Below are positions 18,301 through 27,063 of a stretch of DNA of 64,000 nucleotides, in pieces. Position 1 is the first letter of the stretch. Each line of letters opens with the position of its first letter. Position numbers and translations under genes: made by a program. The notes beneath the pieces are model-generated. The model did no database searches, was not told the origin of the DNA, and worked only from the letters and a program-made list of their open reading frames with translations. Source of the DNA: Deltaproteobacteria bacterium (GTDB taxonomy: Bacteria > Myxococcota > JADLHZ01); assembly GCA_020848545.1 (NCBI GenBank), contig JADLHZ010000148.1:492-64491 (forward strand). The letters are read 5' to 3'.

Positions 18301-21300
18301 GTCACGCAGGGCGTCGATGCGCTCCTGCGCCTGCTCGCTCGCTTCTGCCACGTGACGGAGCGCCCGCACGGCTTCGTCGATGTAGAGCCCGCGCTTCGTG
18401 ACCAGCTTCACGCTGCGCCGCGCGGCTGGAGTCGAGACCGCCTCGGCGAACGCATGCAGGTAGGCGAGGGCCGCTTTGTCGAGCTCGCCGCGCTCGCTGC
18501 GCCACTCGCCGAGGCGCATGCAGAGCTCACCGCGCTCCTTCGACGGCACCGTCAGTTGGATCAGGCTCTCCATCGCGTCGCAACGCTCGGCTCCGGCGTT
18601 GCGCAAGCCATAGAGACGCACGAGCTCGGTGAACGGCGCCGGCGCGCTCGGATCGTCCTTGGTCGCCTGGCGGTAGAAGTGCACCGCTTGCTCGAGATCG
18701 TTGAGGTCCCGCTCGGCTTTTTCGGCGATCTGAACGGCGAGCTTGTATCGCTCGGCGCGGTCGAGGCTCGTCGCGTGCTGCTCGGCGAGGAGCTGCACGT
18801 GCGACTCGGTGTTGCCGAGCTTCTCGTAGAGGGCGCCGACGCGAGCGCGGAGCGACGCCGACTCCGGATCGCGCGCGAGGATGCCTTTGGCGAGCGCGAG
18901 CGCCTCGGCGAGCTCGCCCTTGCCCTCGTGGTAGTCGCAGAGCGCGAGCTCGGCCTCGGTCTTCTCGGCGCCGTCGATGAATGCGAGGGCCGCGTGCAGC
19001 ACTTTGGCGCGCAAGTCGGCGTCGAGCGCGGCCAAGTAGCGCGGGCGCTTCGCCGCTTCGTCGCGCGACGGCGCCGCGCTGAAGGCGAGGCCCCAGAGGG
19101 TCGCTGCTTCTTGGGCAACGCCGAGGCGCTCGGCGATCCCGGCGGCTTGCAAGAGGAGGGACGCTTTTTCGTTCACTTGCTCGGTCGCCGCCGCCAAGCC
19201 CTTCAATAGCGCCATCGCTTCGACGTCATTGCCAGTGCGCAGGCAAATCGCGATCCGCAGCTGCAGCACCTGCGGATCGCTCGGCGTCTCGCCGAAGAAG
19301 CGTACGAGGAGCAGCCCCGCGCGCTCGGGATCCTTGGCGCGATCGAGCGCCGCCCGCGCCGCTTCCAGCGCGACTTGCGATCGGCGCGGCTCTTCGAACA
19401 CCCCCGCGCGCAGCTCGAGCGCCGTCACCAGCGCCTTCACGTCGCTCTTCTGTTCGAGCCAGAGCCGGTGGCGCTGGTAGAGCTCTTCGTCCGTCGGATC
19501 GAGCTCGAAGGCGCGCTTGACGCATGCCGCCGCGCGCTCGTCATCGCCCGCGCGATCGTAGAGCGCGAGCGCGCGCATGACGAAGGTGCGCTCGTCGGCG
19601 AACGCTTTCTTCAGGACGTGCTCGGCCGCGTCGGCGTCGTGCAAGCGTTCGAGCGCGACGATCGCCGCTTCTGTCGCGACGGCCTCCCGCGCTTCGATCG
19701 GCAGCGCGTCGGTGCGGGCCTCCAAGAGCTCGAAGAGGTCGATCGTGCTCGCGCCAGCCTCGATGTGCTTCTTGTGGCGCGCGTAAGCAGCGTCGTCGGT
19801 TGGCGCTGCCTGGAACATCCGCTTGGCGAGGGTCGCGGCGCGCTGGGTGTCGCCGAGCCCGTCATAGATGTCGTAGAGCGCCGCTTGTGCCGCTGCCTCC
19901 CCACCGAGCTCACGCGTGAGCACCTTCTCGGCGTCGTCGTGGGTGAAGAGCTTCTCGATGTACAGGCGCGCGAGCTCGATCGCGAGCGCGTGCTTTTGCT
20001 GCGCCTGCGCGACCTGCAGACGCTTCTCGAGCGCGCGGGCGAGGGCGCCGGCGTCGGCGCTCTCTAGCAAGATCGTCCGCTGGCGCTCGAACGCCGTGTC
20101 GTCTTCCGGGTTGCTCTCGAAGAGGCGGGCGCTCAGCTCAGCGGCGCGGGTGACGTCGCCGATCTCGGTGAAGAGCGCGAGCGCACGGTCGAGCATCGCG
20201 CGCGCGTTGGCGTGGCCGGCGGCGTGGCGCACGAGCTCCGCGGCCAAGCGCTCTTTGTCGCCGGCCTTCTCCAAGAGCGTGAGCGCGCGTCCGCTCCACT
20301 CCGCCTTCTGCTTCAGCGCGAACGCTTCGAGCAGCGCGTAGGCCGCTTCCTTCGGCCGCTGCGTGCGCTCGTAGGCGCCGGCGAGCTCGGCGAAGAGCTC
20401 CGCCGAGAGCGCGCGACCTTGGAGCAGGCTGACCAGCTTGTCGTCGTCTTTCGAGAGCCGCGCAGCGTCGACCGTGAGCAGCCACGCCTCTTCAGAGTCC
20501 GGCGCTTCCGCGAGCAAGCGGTTGGCCAGCGCGAGCGCCGCGTTCGGATCTTGCGCGAGGCGTTCCCGTGCGTGCGCGTAGAGCAAGTGCCGATGCGTCT
20601 TTCGCAGCGCGTCGGCGCGCGGATCCTGATCGAGCTCGGGCAGGGTGATCAACGCTTGCAGCTCGCCGAACGCCGAGCGCTCGTCGTTCGCGTCGACCAG
20701 CGCCTCCGCGTAGTCGATGCGCGCCGTGATCGGTGCGCCTTCGGCCTTTGCGCGCGCCGCGAGCAGCGCGATCTTCGCCTTCAGATCCTTCGTCGTCGTG
20801 GCGACGTCGAGCCACAAGGAAGACAGCTCGGGCGAAGCAAGCACGCGGGCAAACGGAAGTTGGCGGAGCAGGGTGAGCGCCAGATCAGCGTGGCCCGTCC
20901 GGTCGAGGCGGCGCGCGAGATAGAGCGTTTCAGCGTCGAGCTGCTGCGCCGGGGGGATCGCGCCGACGAGGGACGCGCGGATCTCATCGGCCGCCTCGTC
21001 GCCGATCTTCTGGCAGATCGCGGCGATCTCGCGCTTGCCTTCGACGTCGAGGCCGAGGGTGAGCTGCTCGGCCCAGTCCCAGACCTCGCTCAGCCGCTCG
21101 GGCCGGCGCGTGACGAGCAAGAAGCCGGTGACCACGTCTTGCGCTTGGATCGCGTCTTGCTCGGCCAGGAGCGCGAGGGCGCCGAGCGCGGCGCCGTCGT
21201 CCGGTGCCGCGACGGCGAGCTGCAGGTACTCGCGCGTCGCTGCGATCTGCGCCTTGCCCTCGACGGCGTCGCGACGGGCGCGCGCCCACGGCAAAAGCAG

Positions 21301-24300
21301 CGCCGGCGTCTCTTTCAACGCTTGCTTCAGCGCGCCGTAGATCTCGTCGTCTTGCGGATCGCGCGCGAGGATCGTTTCGAGCAGCACGCGCGCCTGTTGC
21401 TCGTGGCCAGCGGCGAGGAGGGCATGCGCGAAGCGTTTCTCCAGCACGCTGAGCTCGCTGGGATCGAGGCCCTCGGTCGTCGCCAGCGCCTGCGACAGAT
21501 CTTCCAGCGCGGCGGTGACCGCCGCCGGCTCATCGGCCGCGAGCGCGAGCTCACCCCGGCGAATCCAGTTCGCGAGCTCAGCTGGGAACGCGCGCGTCAC
21601 CGTCTCGGCGACCTTCAACGCCGCCTTCGGATCGCCGGCGCGCTCGAGCAGGTCGCGCACTTCGAGCAGGGTCTCTTGACCGACGCGCCGCGCGGCGATT
21701 CCGGCGAGCAGCAGCTCGGCGAGCGCGCGGTGCTCGCCGCGCTCCTTGAGCTTCGTGCGTTGGGCCTCGAAGCGCGTCGTCTCCGCCGCGCTCCTGGCTT
21801 TCTCATCGGCGCCCGCTTGCCACTCGGCGAAGAGCGCTTCGTCCTCGGGCGCGCGGCGGATCAGCTCCGCGTAGAGGCGCTCGGCAGCGTCGCGATCACC
21901 CTCGGCGCGCACCAGCTTGGCGAGCACACGCAGCGCCGGCTCCGGGAGCGCTTCGCTGTCGTGGATCGACAAGAGCACATTGGCGCGCACCTTCTCGCCG
22001 ACGACTCGCGCCGCATCGTCGCGCAAGAGGAAGTCGATGACGCGTGCGCGGAGGGCAGGGTGCAGCGCGATCTCGGCGAAGATGCTGCCCAAGCGATCGT
22101 GATCGGGCGCCGCTTCGACCAGCGCTTCGAACGCCGTCCACATCTGCGTGACGGCGCCCGACGCGATCGCCCGCGAGAGGACGAGCTCGGCGCGCTGGCG
22201 CGGCGATCCGGCGCGCTCGACCATCGTCTCGACGGCCTGCTGCAGCGGCAGAAAGTCCGGCGCGTGATCCTGCTCCTTCTTCAGCGTCTCGATCGCGAGC
22301 GCGGGCTTGCGCAGGCTCGCCTCTTGGATCCGCGCGATCGCCAGCGCGAGCGGAAAGCGCGCTTCCTCGCCATGCGCATGCGAGAGTGCGCGCTCGATCG
22401 CCTGCACGGCTTCTTCGCTGTAGCCCTCGGCGTCCAGGCGGCCAGCCACGTCGAGCGCGAACTGCCCCGGCAGCTTGTCGAGCTTCGTGATGTTCTTGAT
22501 CAGGATCGTGCTCGGCACGGTGTCGGCGACGCGCGAGAGCGCCGGCATCGCGTCGTCGAAGCCGGCGGCGAAGCGCGAGAGCTGCAGCGTGAAGGCGAGC
22601 TCGGCGTTGCCGGTCGATTCGGCGCGCTCAGCCAAGTAGCCGAGCGCTTCGTCTTGCTTCGGATCTTGTTCGAGCACCCAGGTGTAGGCGGCCTGCGCGG
22701 CTTCGTGGTCGCCCGACTCTCTGTACGCGCGCGCGATCTGCAGCTTGAGGGCGGCTTTGTCCTCGCCCGGCGAGTACATGAGCTGCTTTTCGAGCGCCTG
22801 CGCCAAGAGCTCCGGGCGGCCTTCGTCTTCGGCGAGGCCGACGAGCGCTTGCCGTGCCAAGTCTCCGAACTGACCGGGGCTGTCGGCGAGCGGCAAGAGC
22901 TCTTCGCGCGCCGACGCCCAATCGCCGACCGAGTCGCGCAGGACGAGCGCGGTCTGCCAACGATACTCGTTGGCCTTCTCTCCGGTCGCCGTCGCCGACG
23001 CGTCGCGCAGGAGCAGGACGAGGCGTTGAAAGTCGCCGCGCTCTTTGAGCACCGCGCGCAGCTGATCGAAGGTCTCGGCCTTCTGATCGATCTGCCAGAG
23101 CTCGAAGAGGTGGTTGAACTGGTCTTGCAGGTCGCCGCGTTGGCGGGCCAGGCGCGCGAGGCTCGAGAGCGCATGCACGCGGCCCTCTTCAGCGCCCGTC
23201 TCGAGGAAGCGCCGCCACGCGTCCTCGGCCATCGCCGAATCGTTCTGCTCTTCGGCGAGCTCGCCGAGCAATTTTAGGCCGCGCACGTGATGCGGCACGT
23301 CGATCAATGCGCGCAAGAGATACGCGCGCGCTTCGTCGCGGCGCCCGAGCGGTCCTGCGAGAAGCTCCGCCTGCGTGATCCGGATCTCGGCCTTGGCTTC
23401 GTCGCTCGCGTGGCGATAGCGCGCCAAGTTGCCGAGCGCCGCGAACGCGCCGTAGGGCTCGTTCAGCTTCTGGCAAAGGACGTACAGCGCTTCGTTCGCC
23501 TCCGCCGACATCGGGTCGGCCTTGATCGCCTGATCCAAGGCTTCTTTGGCGCCGGTGAGGTCGTTCTTGTTCTCGCGCAGGTTGGCGAGCTCCAAGTACC
23601 ACTCGGAGCGCGTCGTCGGCTCGTGCTCGCGCGGCGCCCACTTCGTGAGCAGCGCCTCGACCTGCGCTTGGCCCTGGTGCTGCAGGACGGCTTCGAGCAT
23701 GCGCCGCTTCACGATGGCGTCGCTGGGCGCCAAGGCGAGGGCGGCCTCCAGGTGGCTGAGCTCGGCCTCGGTCATCTGCTGGCGCGCGGCCAGATCAGCG
23801 GCGCGCATGTGGTGCTCGAGCTGGCTCGCGAGATCGTCGGTGTTGGCGCCGAGCTGCTTTTCGAGATCGAAGAGGGCCCGCACGTCGCCGCGCGTCTCGT
23901 AGATCTTGCGTAGCGCCCCGTACGCTTGCTTCGCGAAGGGACCGCCGAGCGCCGCTTCGAACGAGGCCTCGGCGTCCTCGTCGCGCTTCTCGCTCATCGC
24001 GATCTCGCCGAGGCGGAACGACGCTTCGGCCTTCAACGCCGCGTCGGCCTCGCTCTCGAGCTCCTCGTACCAGCGCTTGGCCGTCTCGAGCTCGCCGATC
24101 GCGTAGGCGAGCTGCGCGGCACGGAGCATCGCCTGCTTCGAAGTGGGATCGAGCGTGAGCACGCGCTGATAGCGGCCGAGAAGCGCGCGCGGATCGAAGC
24201 TCGGCTCGTGCTCGGTGCGCTCGAGCTGCTCGGCGATCTCCATCTCGATCGCGGTCGCGACGGTCATGTCGCCGAGGGCGATGAAGCGCTCGGACAAGCG

Positions 24301-25869
24301 CGAGAGGTAACGGACCGCGCGCGGCACGTCGCCCGACTTCGCAAACAGGCGCGCGACGAGCCGGATGGCGTCTGGATCGTCCATCCGCGCGCGCAACGCT
24401 CGCTCGGCGTGCAGCTTCGCCTTCTTCAGGTCGTGCTCGAGCAGCATCTGCCCGAGCTGCAAGTGCACTTGGAAGCGCTCTTCCTCTGGCATGGCGCGGA
24501 GCAGCCGCTCGCCCGAGCTCGTCGCGCCCTTGACGTTCTTGGCGACGCTCTCGAGCGCGAAGGACTGCTGCAACGCGCGCACGTCGCTCTTTCTCTTCTT
24601 CAGGGTGCGGGCGAGCGACTTGCGCGCTGCTTCCTGATCGAAGCCTTTGGCGATCGTCGCCGCCGTGACGTCGGCGAGGGCGGCGGCGCGATCGCTCTTG
24701 TCGTTCCACAGCGCCGTCGCCGCTTGCGTGTAGCGCTTGGCGGCGCTCTCGTGATCGCCTTCGAGCTCGGCGTAGTGGCCCAAGAACAAGAGCGCGTCGA
24801 TGTTGTCTTCGTCTTTCAACAGCGCTTCTTCGGCGACGCTGCGGCCCTCTTCGTGGCGGCGCTCGTCGGCGGCGGCGAGCTGCAAATAGCGGCGGATGGC
24901 GAAGCGGTGCGGCACCTCTTCGTCGACGTGCTTTCGGTACGCGGCGAACGCCTTCTTGTCGTCGCCGGTGTAGAGCACGGCCTCGATGTCCTCGAAGGGC
25001 GCGCGCGCTTCGACCGCGAACGACACGCGGGTCTCGCTCTTCGCTTGATCGAGCAGCGTGCGGCCGCAGGCGATGATCCACCCGTTCTTCGACACCTCAG
25101 CTTGAATGAGGCCGACCTCGCTGGTGTCCGGGATCTTCCAGCCGTAGCGCGGCAACAGCTCGCGCACGCTCATCGCGACGACGTCGAACACGGGCTGGTT
25201 CGCCTTCAACGGCAGCCCACCCATCGCTTGCAGGAGCAGCCATGGAACCCGCGGCGCCGGCAGCTTGCACGCGCCGAACACGCGCTCGTCGAAGGGCAAG
25301 AGGCCGAGCTCACGCGGCGCCATGATCACCGGCGCCATCGCGAACGAGAACGGCACCGTCGTTGCGCCGTCGGCGTAGCTGCCGGTCACGGTCATCGCGC
25401 CGTTCTCGGGCAGCGCCTCGAGATCGAAGAAGCCGGCTTCCTTCAGCCCGGGCTTCTGCAGCTCCTGCTTCAGCGCGTCGTGCGAGAGATGCAAGACGAG
25501 CGAGCGCAGCACGCAGCGCGTCGAGTGAAAGCGCTCGGCGCCGCCCGAGACGTCGAAGGGGAACTTGACCTTCGGGATCTCCATCTCGAGACGGCCGACG
25601 GTGACGCCGCTGCCGATCGCTTTGTTCTTGAGCTCGAGGAGCGCCTTGCCAGACTCCAAGCGCAACGCGAAGCCGAGCGATTCGGGCTCGGCCGGCTCGA
25701 TCGGCGCCGGCTTCGCGAGCGGGACGATTTGCTTGGCGGCGGTGCCGTCGGTGATCGGGCGATCGATCAGCTCGGCAAGCGCATCGATCTTGGGATCGGC
25801 GCTCTTGTCACGAGGAACGAGCGCTGCGCCATCGGCGCCTTCGCTCCCCGGATCTTTCTCCCTCGCCAT
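15322..25869 (-). CDS. Giant TPR-repeat protein (3,515 aa)
   Basis: A single uninterrupted 10.5-kb frame. SD 'AAGGAAGG' lies upstream of the ATG. The body is continuous TPR-like helical repeats. The ~330-aa N-terminal and ~300-aa C-terminal regions are non-repeat. Confidence 0.9.
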   Translation of the reverse strand: MAREKDPGSEGADGAALVPRDKSADPKIDALAELIDRPITDGTAAKQIVPLAKPAPIEPAEPESLGFALRLESGKALLELKNKAIGSGVTVGRLEMEIPKVKFPFDVSGGAERFHSTRCVLRSLVLHLSHDALKQELQKPGLKEAGFFDLEALPENGAMTVTGSYADGATTVPFSFAMAPVIMAPRELGLLPFDERVFGACKLPAPRVPWLLLQAMGGLPLKANQPVFDVVAMSVRELLPRYGWKIPDTSEVGLIQAEVSKNGWIIACGRTLLDQAKSETRVSFAVEARAPFEDIEAVLYTGDDKKAFAAYRKHVDEEVPHRFAIRRYLQLAAADERRHEEGRSVAEEALLKDEDNIDALLFLGHYAELEGDHESAAKRYTQAATALWNDKSDRAAALADVTAATIAKGFDQEAARKSLARTLKKRKSDVRALQQSFALESVAKNVKGATSSGERLLRAMPEEERFQVHLQLGQMLLEHDLKKAKLHAERALRARMDDPDAIRLVARLFAKSGDVPRAVRYLSRLSERFIALGDMTVATAIEMEIAEQLERTEHEPSFDPRALLGRYQRVLTLDPTSKQAMLRAAQLAYAIGELETAKRWYEELESEADAALKAEASFRLGEIAMSEKRDEDAEASFEAALGGPFAKQAYGALRKIYETRGDVRALFDLEKQLGANTDDLASQLEHHMRAADLAARQQMTEAELSHLEAALALAPSDAIVKRRMLEAVLQHQGQAQVEALLTKWAPREHEPTTRSEWYLELANLRENKNDLTGAKEALDQAIKADPMSAEANEALYVLCQKLNEPYGAFAALGNLARYRHASDEAKAEIRITQAELLAGPLGRRDEARAYLLRALIDVPHHVRGLKLLGELAEEQNDSAMAEDAWRRFLETGAEEGRVHALSSLARLARQRGDLQDQFNHLFELWQIDQKAETFDQLRAVLKERGDFQRLVLLLRDASATATGEKANEYRWQTALVLRDSVGDWASAREELLPLADSPGQFGDLARQALVGLAEDEGRPELLAQALEKQLMYSPGEDKAALKLQIARAYRESGDHEAAQAAYTWVLEQDPKQDEALGYLAERAESTGNAELAFTLQLSRFAAGFDDAMPALSRVADTVPSTILIKNITKLDKLPGQFALDVAGRLDAEGYSEEAVQAIERALSHAHGEEARFPLALAIARIQEASLRKPALAIETLKKEQDHAPDFLPLQQAVETMVERAGSPRQRAELVLSRAIASGAVTQMWTAFEALVEAAPDHDRLGSIFAEIALHPALRARVIDFLLRDDAARVVGEKVRANVLLSIHDSEALPEPALRVLAKLVRAEGDRDAAERLYAELIRRAPEDEALFAEWQAGADEKARSAAETTRFEAQRTKLKERGEHRALAELLLAGIAARRVGQETLLEVRDLLERAGDPKAALKVAETVTRAFPAELANWIRRGELALAADEPAAVTAALEDLSQALATTEGLDPSELSVLEKRFAHALLAAGHEQQARVLLETILARDPQDDEIYGALKQALKETPALLLPWARARRDAVEGKAQIAATREYLQLAVAAPDDGAALGALALLAEQDAIQAQDVVTGFLLVTRRPERLSEVWDWAEQLTLGLDVEGKREIAAICQKIGDEAADEIRASLVGAIPPAQQLDAETLYLARRLDRTGHADLALTLLRQLPFARVLASPELSSLWLDVATTTKDLKAKIALLAARAKAEGAPITARIDYAEALVDANDERSAFGELQALITLPELDQDPRADALRKTHRHLLYAHARERLAQDPNAALALANRLLAEAPDSEEAWLLTVDAARLSKDDDKLVSLLQGRALSAELFAELAGAYERTQRPKEAAYALLEAFALKQKAEWSGRALTLLEKAGDKERLAAELVRHAAGHANARAMLDRALALFTEIGDVTRAAELSARLFESNPEDDTAFERQRTILLESADAGALARALEKRLQVAQAQQKHALAIELARLYIEKLFTHDDAEKVLTRELGGEAAAQAALYDIYDGLGDTQRAATLAKRMFQAAPTDDAAYARHKKHIEAGASTIDLFELLEARTDALPIEAREAVATEAAIVALERLHDADAAEHVLKKAFADERTFVMRALALYDRAGDDERAAACVKRAFELDPTDEELYQRHRLWLEQKSDVKALVTALELRAGVFEEPRRSQVALEAARAALDRAKDPERAGLLLVRFFGETPSDPQVLQLRIAICLRTGNDVEAMALLKGLAAATEQVNEKASLLLQAAGIAERLGVAQEAATLWGLAFSAAPSRDEAAKRPRYLAALDADLRAKVLHAALAFIDGAEKTEAELALCDYHEGKGELAEALALAKGILARDPESASLRARVGALYEKLGNTESHVQLLAEQHATSLDRAERYKLAVQIAEKAERDLNDLEQAVHFYRQATKDDPSAPAPFTELVRLYGLRNAGAERCDAMESLIQLTVPSKERGELCMRLGEWRSERGELDKAALAYLHAFAEAVSTPAARRSVKLVTKRGLYIDEAVRALRHVAEASEQAQERIDALRDAAEIVADSKADYAQAAALFREALAQGPKTRDDRVRLIEWLERAGQLQAALDELFALIDAEEREDSKNLLMKRAQALVDRSGDPSMRVALTRRLIETGKLGADDQLSALGALIDAGHTNDARDLALRMFDAAKTPEERGRIERALSERKQVDLLVEGLLSRAAPEKRGQAMCEAATILENADEADRAYALYREALTDKLDLDEKVLVHIADLAERRGDDPLLSAVYLRIAESDAGTETRARAYFAMAKLWLEKTKDLVRADDCLEACLKLQPDHKDARRLRARLLIETGRSEEAKAYLDDLATLGAGEDPTWIVNAAKALIGAGDLTKARSLLTPLIAGSDDAFWALFDLEAKAENHPAVVRMLLDRIDSGGPVDSLDRYRAGAFHAAAANIRAAEERFLAALHSDGVTDPAVYARLAALTLARSDLESAHLWTTAQATHAANDQERALALQAAGELARTLGKQEEAQRQLEAAFNLNPQSIAVLDQLFELYRTGGDAERLLMVGERLVIVEPQKKRAQSFYLTLAEAAERTRTDAARVMEFYQLAASTEALPVDAIERAIAAAEAAGKHVERLEWEEERLAHVQAHADDYVRLGVIARDRLNDPGRAERYFRLAKSTDPAAVAPINALAAILAPQKGKTQEAIALYKELQQRTPTDPEPYRLLARLYGQEQDVDRTFLFYDVLRALDPADEEAERFVTAAHRVLTELPPRGLGKNELGQIADAGLLTPLQQFFGPVAAQAEMLYATDIARMGLGEQDLVQLDQGFGRRLALLMQRMGGRALEVLSYRAKVGGRDAIIEPGAPARLIVSQDTPDMPPRATHFVVCRALAFLALGHLLPSRLPTADLATLLGLLCKRFVPSLPVPGVPEDRASFVIERFRAVTPEDTWAGHAQVAASFAAHNYASPALHADIDAWVKSGERTADRWALLMCGDLAQAFSATKQVGHVRTTALPARGPQRIAAIQARPDLMDLISFAVSDTYASVRQALGLTLKR

Positions 25870-25991
25870 CGACCTTCCTTCAGTATCCGCGCGGACCTAT
25901 CGGCAATGTAGGATGATTGGCCACAAGGGTATCATCGGGTGCTCGGCGGACCCAAATTTTAGGCGGGGGAGGAGGTCGGCGCCAGCTTCGT

Positions 25992-26537
25992 TCAGCTCTC
26001 GCGGGAGTGCAGCTCATTCATCGCCGTCGCGAAGCGCATGATGCCCGCTTGCTCCTTGCCGTCCTTGGCGACGGACGCGGCGACGCGCAGATCCTTTTCC
26101 AGGTCGCGCATGTTCTCCGCCGTCTCAGGGTCGACGCCAGCTTGCGCGAGCGCTGCGCGGATCCTCGGCACGTAGGCCGCGGCGAGCGCGAGCATGCGAT
26201 CCGCGGCCTCGCTGAGCGCCTGCGGATCGTCGAGCTCGCGCGCCGCCCGGGTCTCTTGCGAGAACTTACGCATCTGCAGCGCGACGCCCATCCGGCCCTG
26301 AGTCGCCGTCGGATCGAGGGTGAGGTCGAAGCCCGTCGGCGGCGGTGCGTCGGCGGGACGGCTGAGCAGGAGCGTGACGTCGATCGCTTGTTTGTCTGCG
26401 ACCTTCGTCGCGTCGACACCGTCGCTCACGGAGGCGCGGGCGGCCCTCGTCGCTTGCGTGGCGGGTGCGCGCACGGCGCCGGCGGCGTCCGGTGGCGGGG
26501 CGACCTGGCCTGGCGGTGGCGATCCGATCTTCATCAT
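25992..26537 (-). CDS. Hypothetical protein (181 aa) with a Pro/Ala-rich N-terminus
   Basis: Start 'MMKIGSPPPG' overlaps the chaperone stop (TCAT at 26534-26537). No motif recognised. Confidence 0.55.
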   Translation of the reverse strand: MMKIGSPPPGQVAPPPDAAGAVRAPATQATRAARASVSDGVDATKVADKQAIDVTLLLSRPADAPPPTGFDLTLDPTATQGRMGVALQMRKFSQETRAARELDDPQALSEAADRMLALAAAYVPRIRAALAQAGVDPETAENMRDLEKDLRVAASVAKDGKEQAGIMRFATAMNELHSRES

Positions 26538-27055
26538 TTCACCCCCGCGCTCTCGAAGGTGCCGGCTGTCGCTTGTGCGGTCCGCGCGAGCTGCATCAGC
26601 GCCTCGGCGCGCTGCAAGGTCACGAGGCTCATCGGGTCCGTTTGGCCGCGCAGTTGCTCGAGCGCCATCTCGAGCTCGAGCCACGCTGCGGTCGTGCGCC
26701 CTTGGTTGAGCATGATCTCGGCGCGGTAAACGCGGCTGACGGCGTCCCCGGGCTCGATACGCAGCGTCAGGTTGTAGAGCAGCTCCGCCAGCGGAAACAC
26801 CTTGAGGCGGTGCGCGCAAACAGCGAGCCCGCGCCAGTGCTTCGGATCGTCGTGGTCGAGCACAGCGAGCAGACAGTACAGCTTGCCCGCGGCGACCGGC
26901 TGGTTGGCGGCGAGCTGGCGGCAGGCGCTCACGTACATCGCTTCGAGCTGCGCGTGATCGATCCCGAGCAGATCGTGCGCGTGCAGCAGATCGGCGTCCG
27001 GTCCGAAGAGCAGAGCCTTCATCTGATTGAGCGCGTTCTGGCGGTCCTGTTCCAT
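26534..27055 (-). CDS. Type III secretion class II chaperone-like TPR protein (SycD/LcrH/IpgC family-like)
   Basis: 'LLGIDHAQLEAMYVSACRQL...AGKLYCLLAVLDHDDPKHWRGLAVCAH...YRAEIMLNQG' parallels the SycD segment '...LEQLYSLAFNQYQSGKYEDAHKVFQALCVLDHYDSRFFLGLGACRQ...'. Compared from memory, not searched. Confidence 0.6.
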   Translation of the reverse strand: MEQDRQNALNQMKALLFGPDADLLHAHDLLGIDHAQLEAMYVSACRQLAANQPVAAGKLYCLLAVLDHDDPKHWRGLAVCAHRLKVFPLAELLYNLTLRIEPGDAVSRVYRAEIMLNQGRTTAAWLELEMALEQLRGQTDPMSLVTLQRAEALMQLARTAQATAGTFESAGVK

Positions 27056-27063
27056 CGCTGCCC

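Noticed and set aside
15368-25911. Many long plus-strand ORFs antisense to the giant TPR gene, for example 20212..23277 (1021 aa), 15433..17454 (673 aa), 23926..25911 (661 aa) and 17482..19209 (575 aa).
   Set aside because: Their translations are Arg/Ala/Gly/Glu-rich with no motifs. Such stop-free antisense frames are expected in very GC-rich DNA opposite a real gene. The minus-strand frame gives a coherent TPR protein with an SD and operon context.
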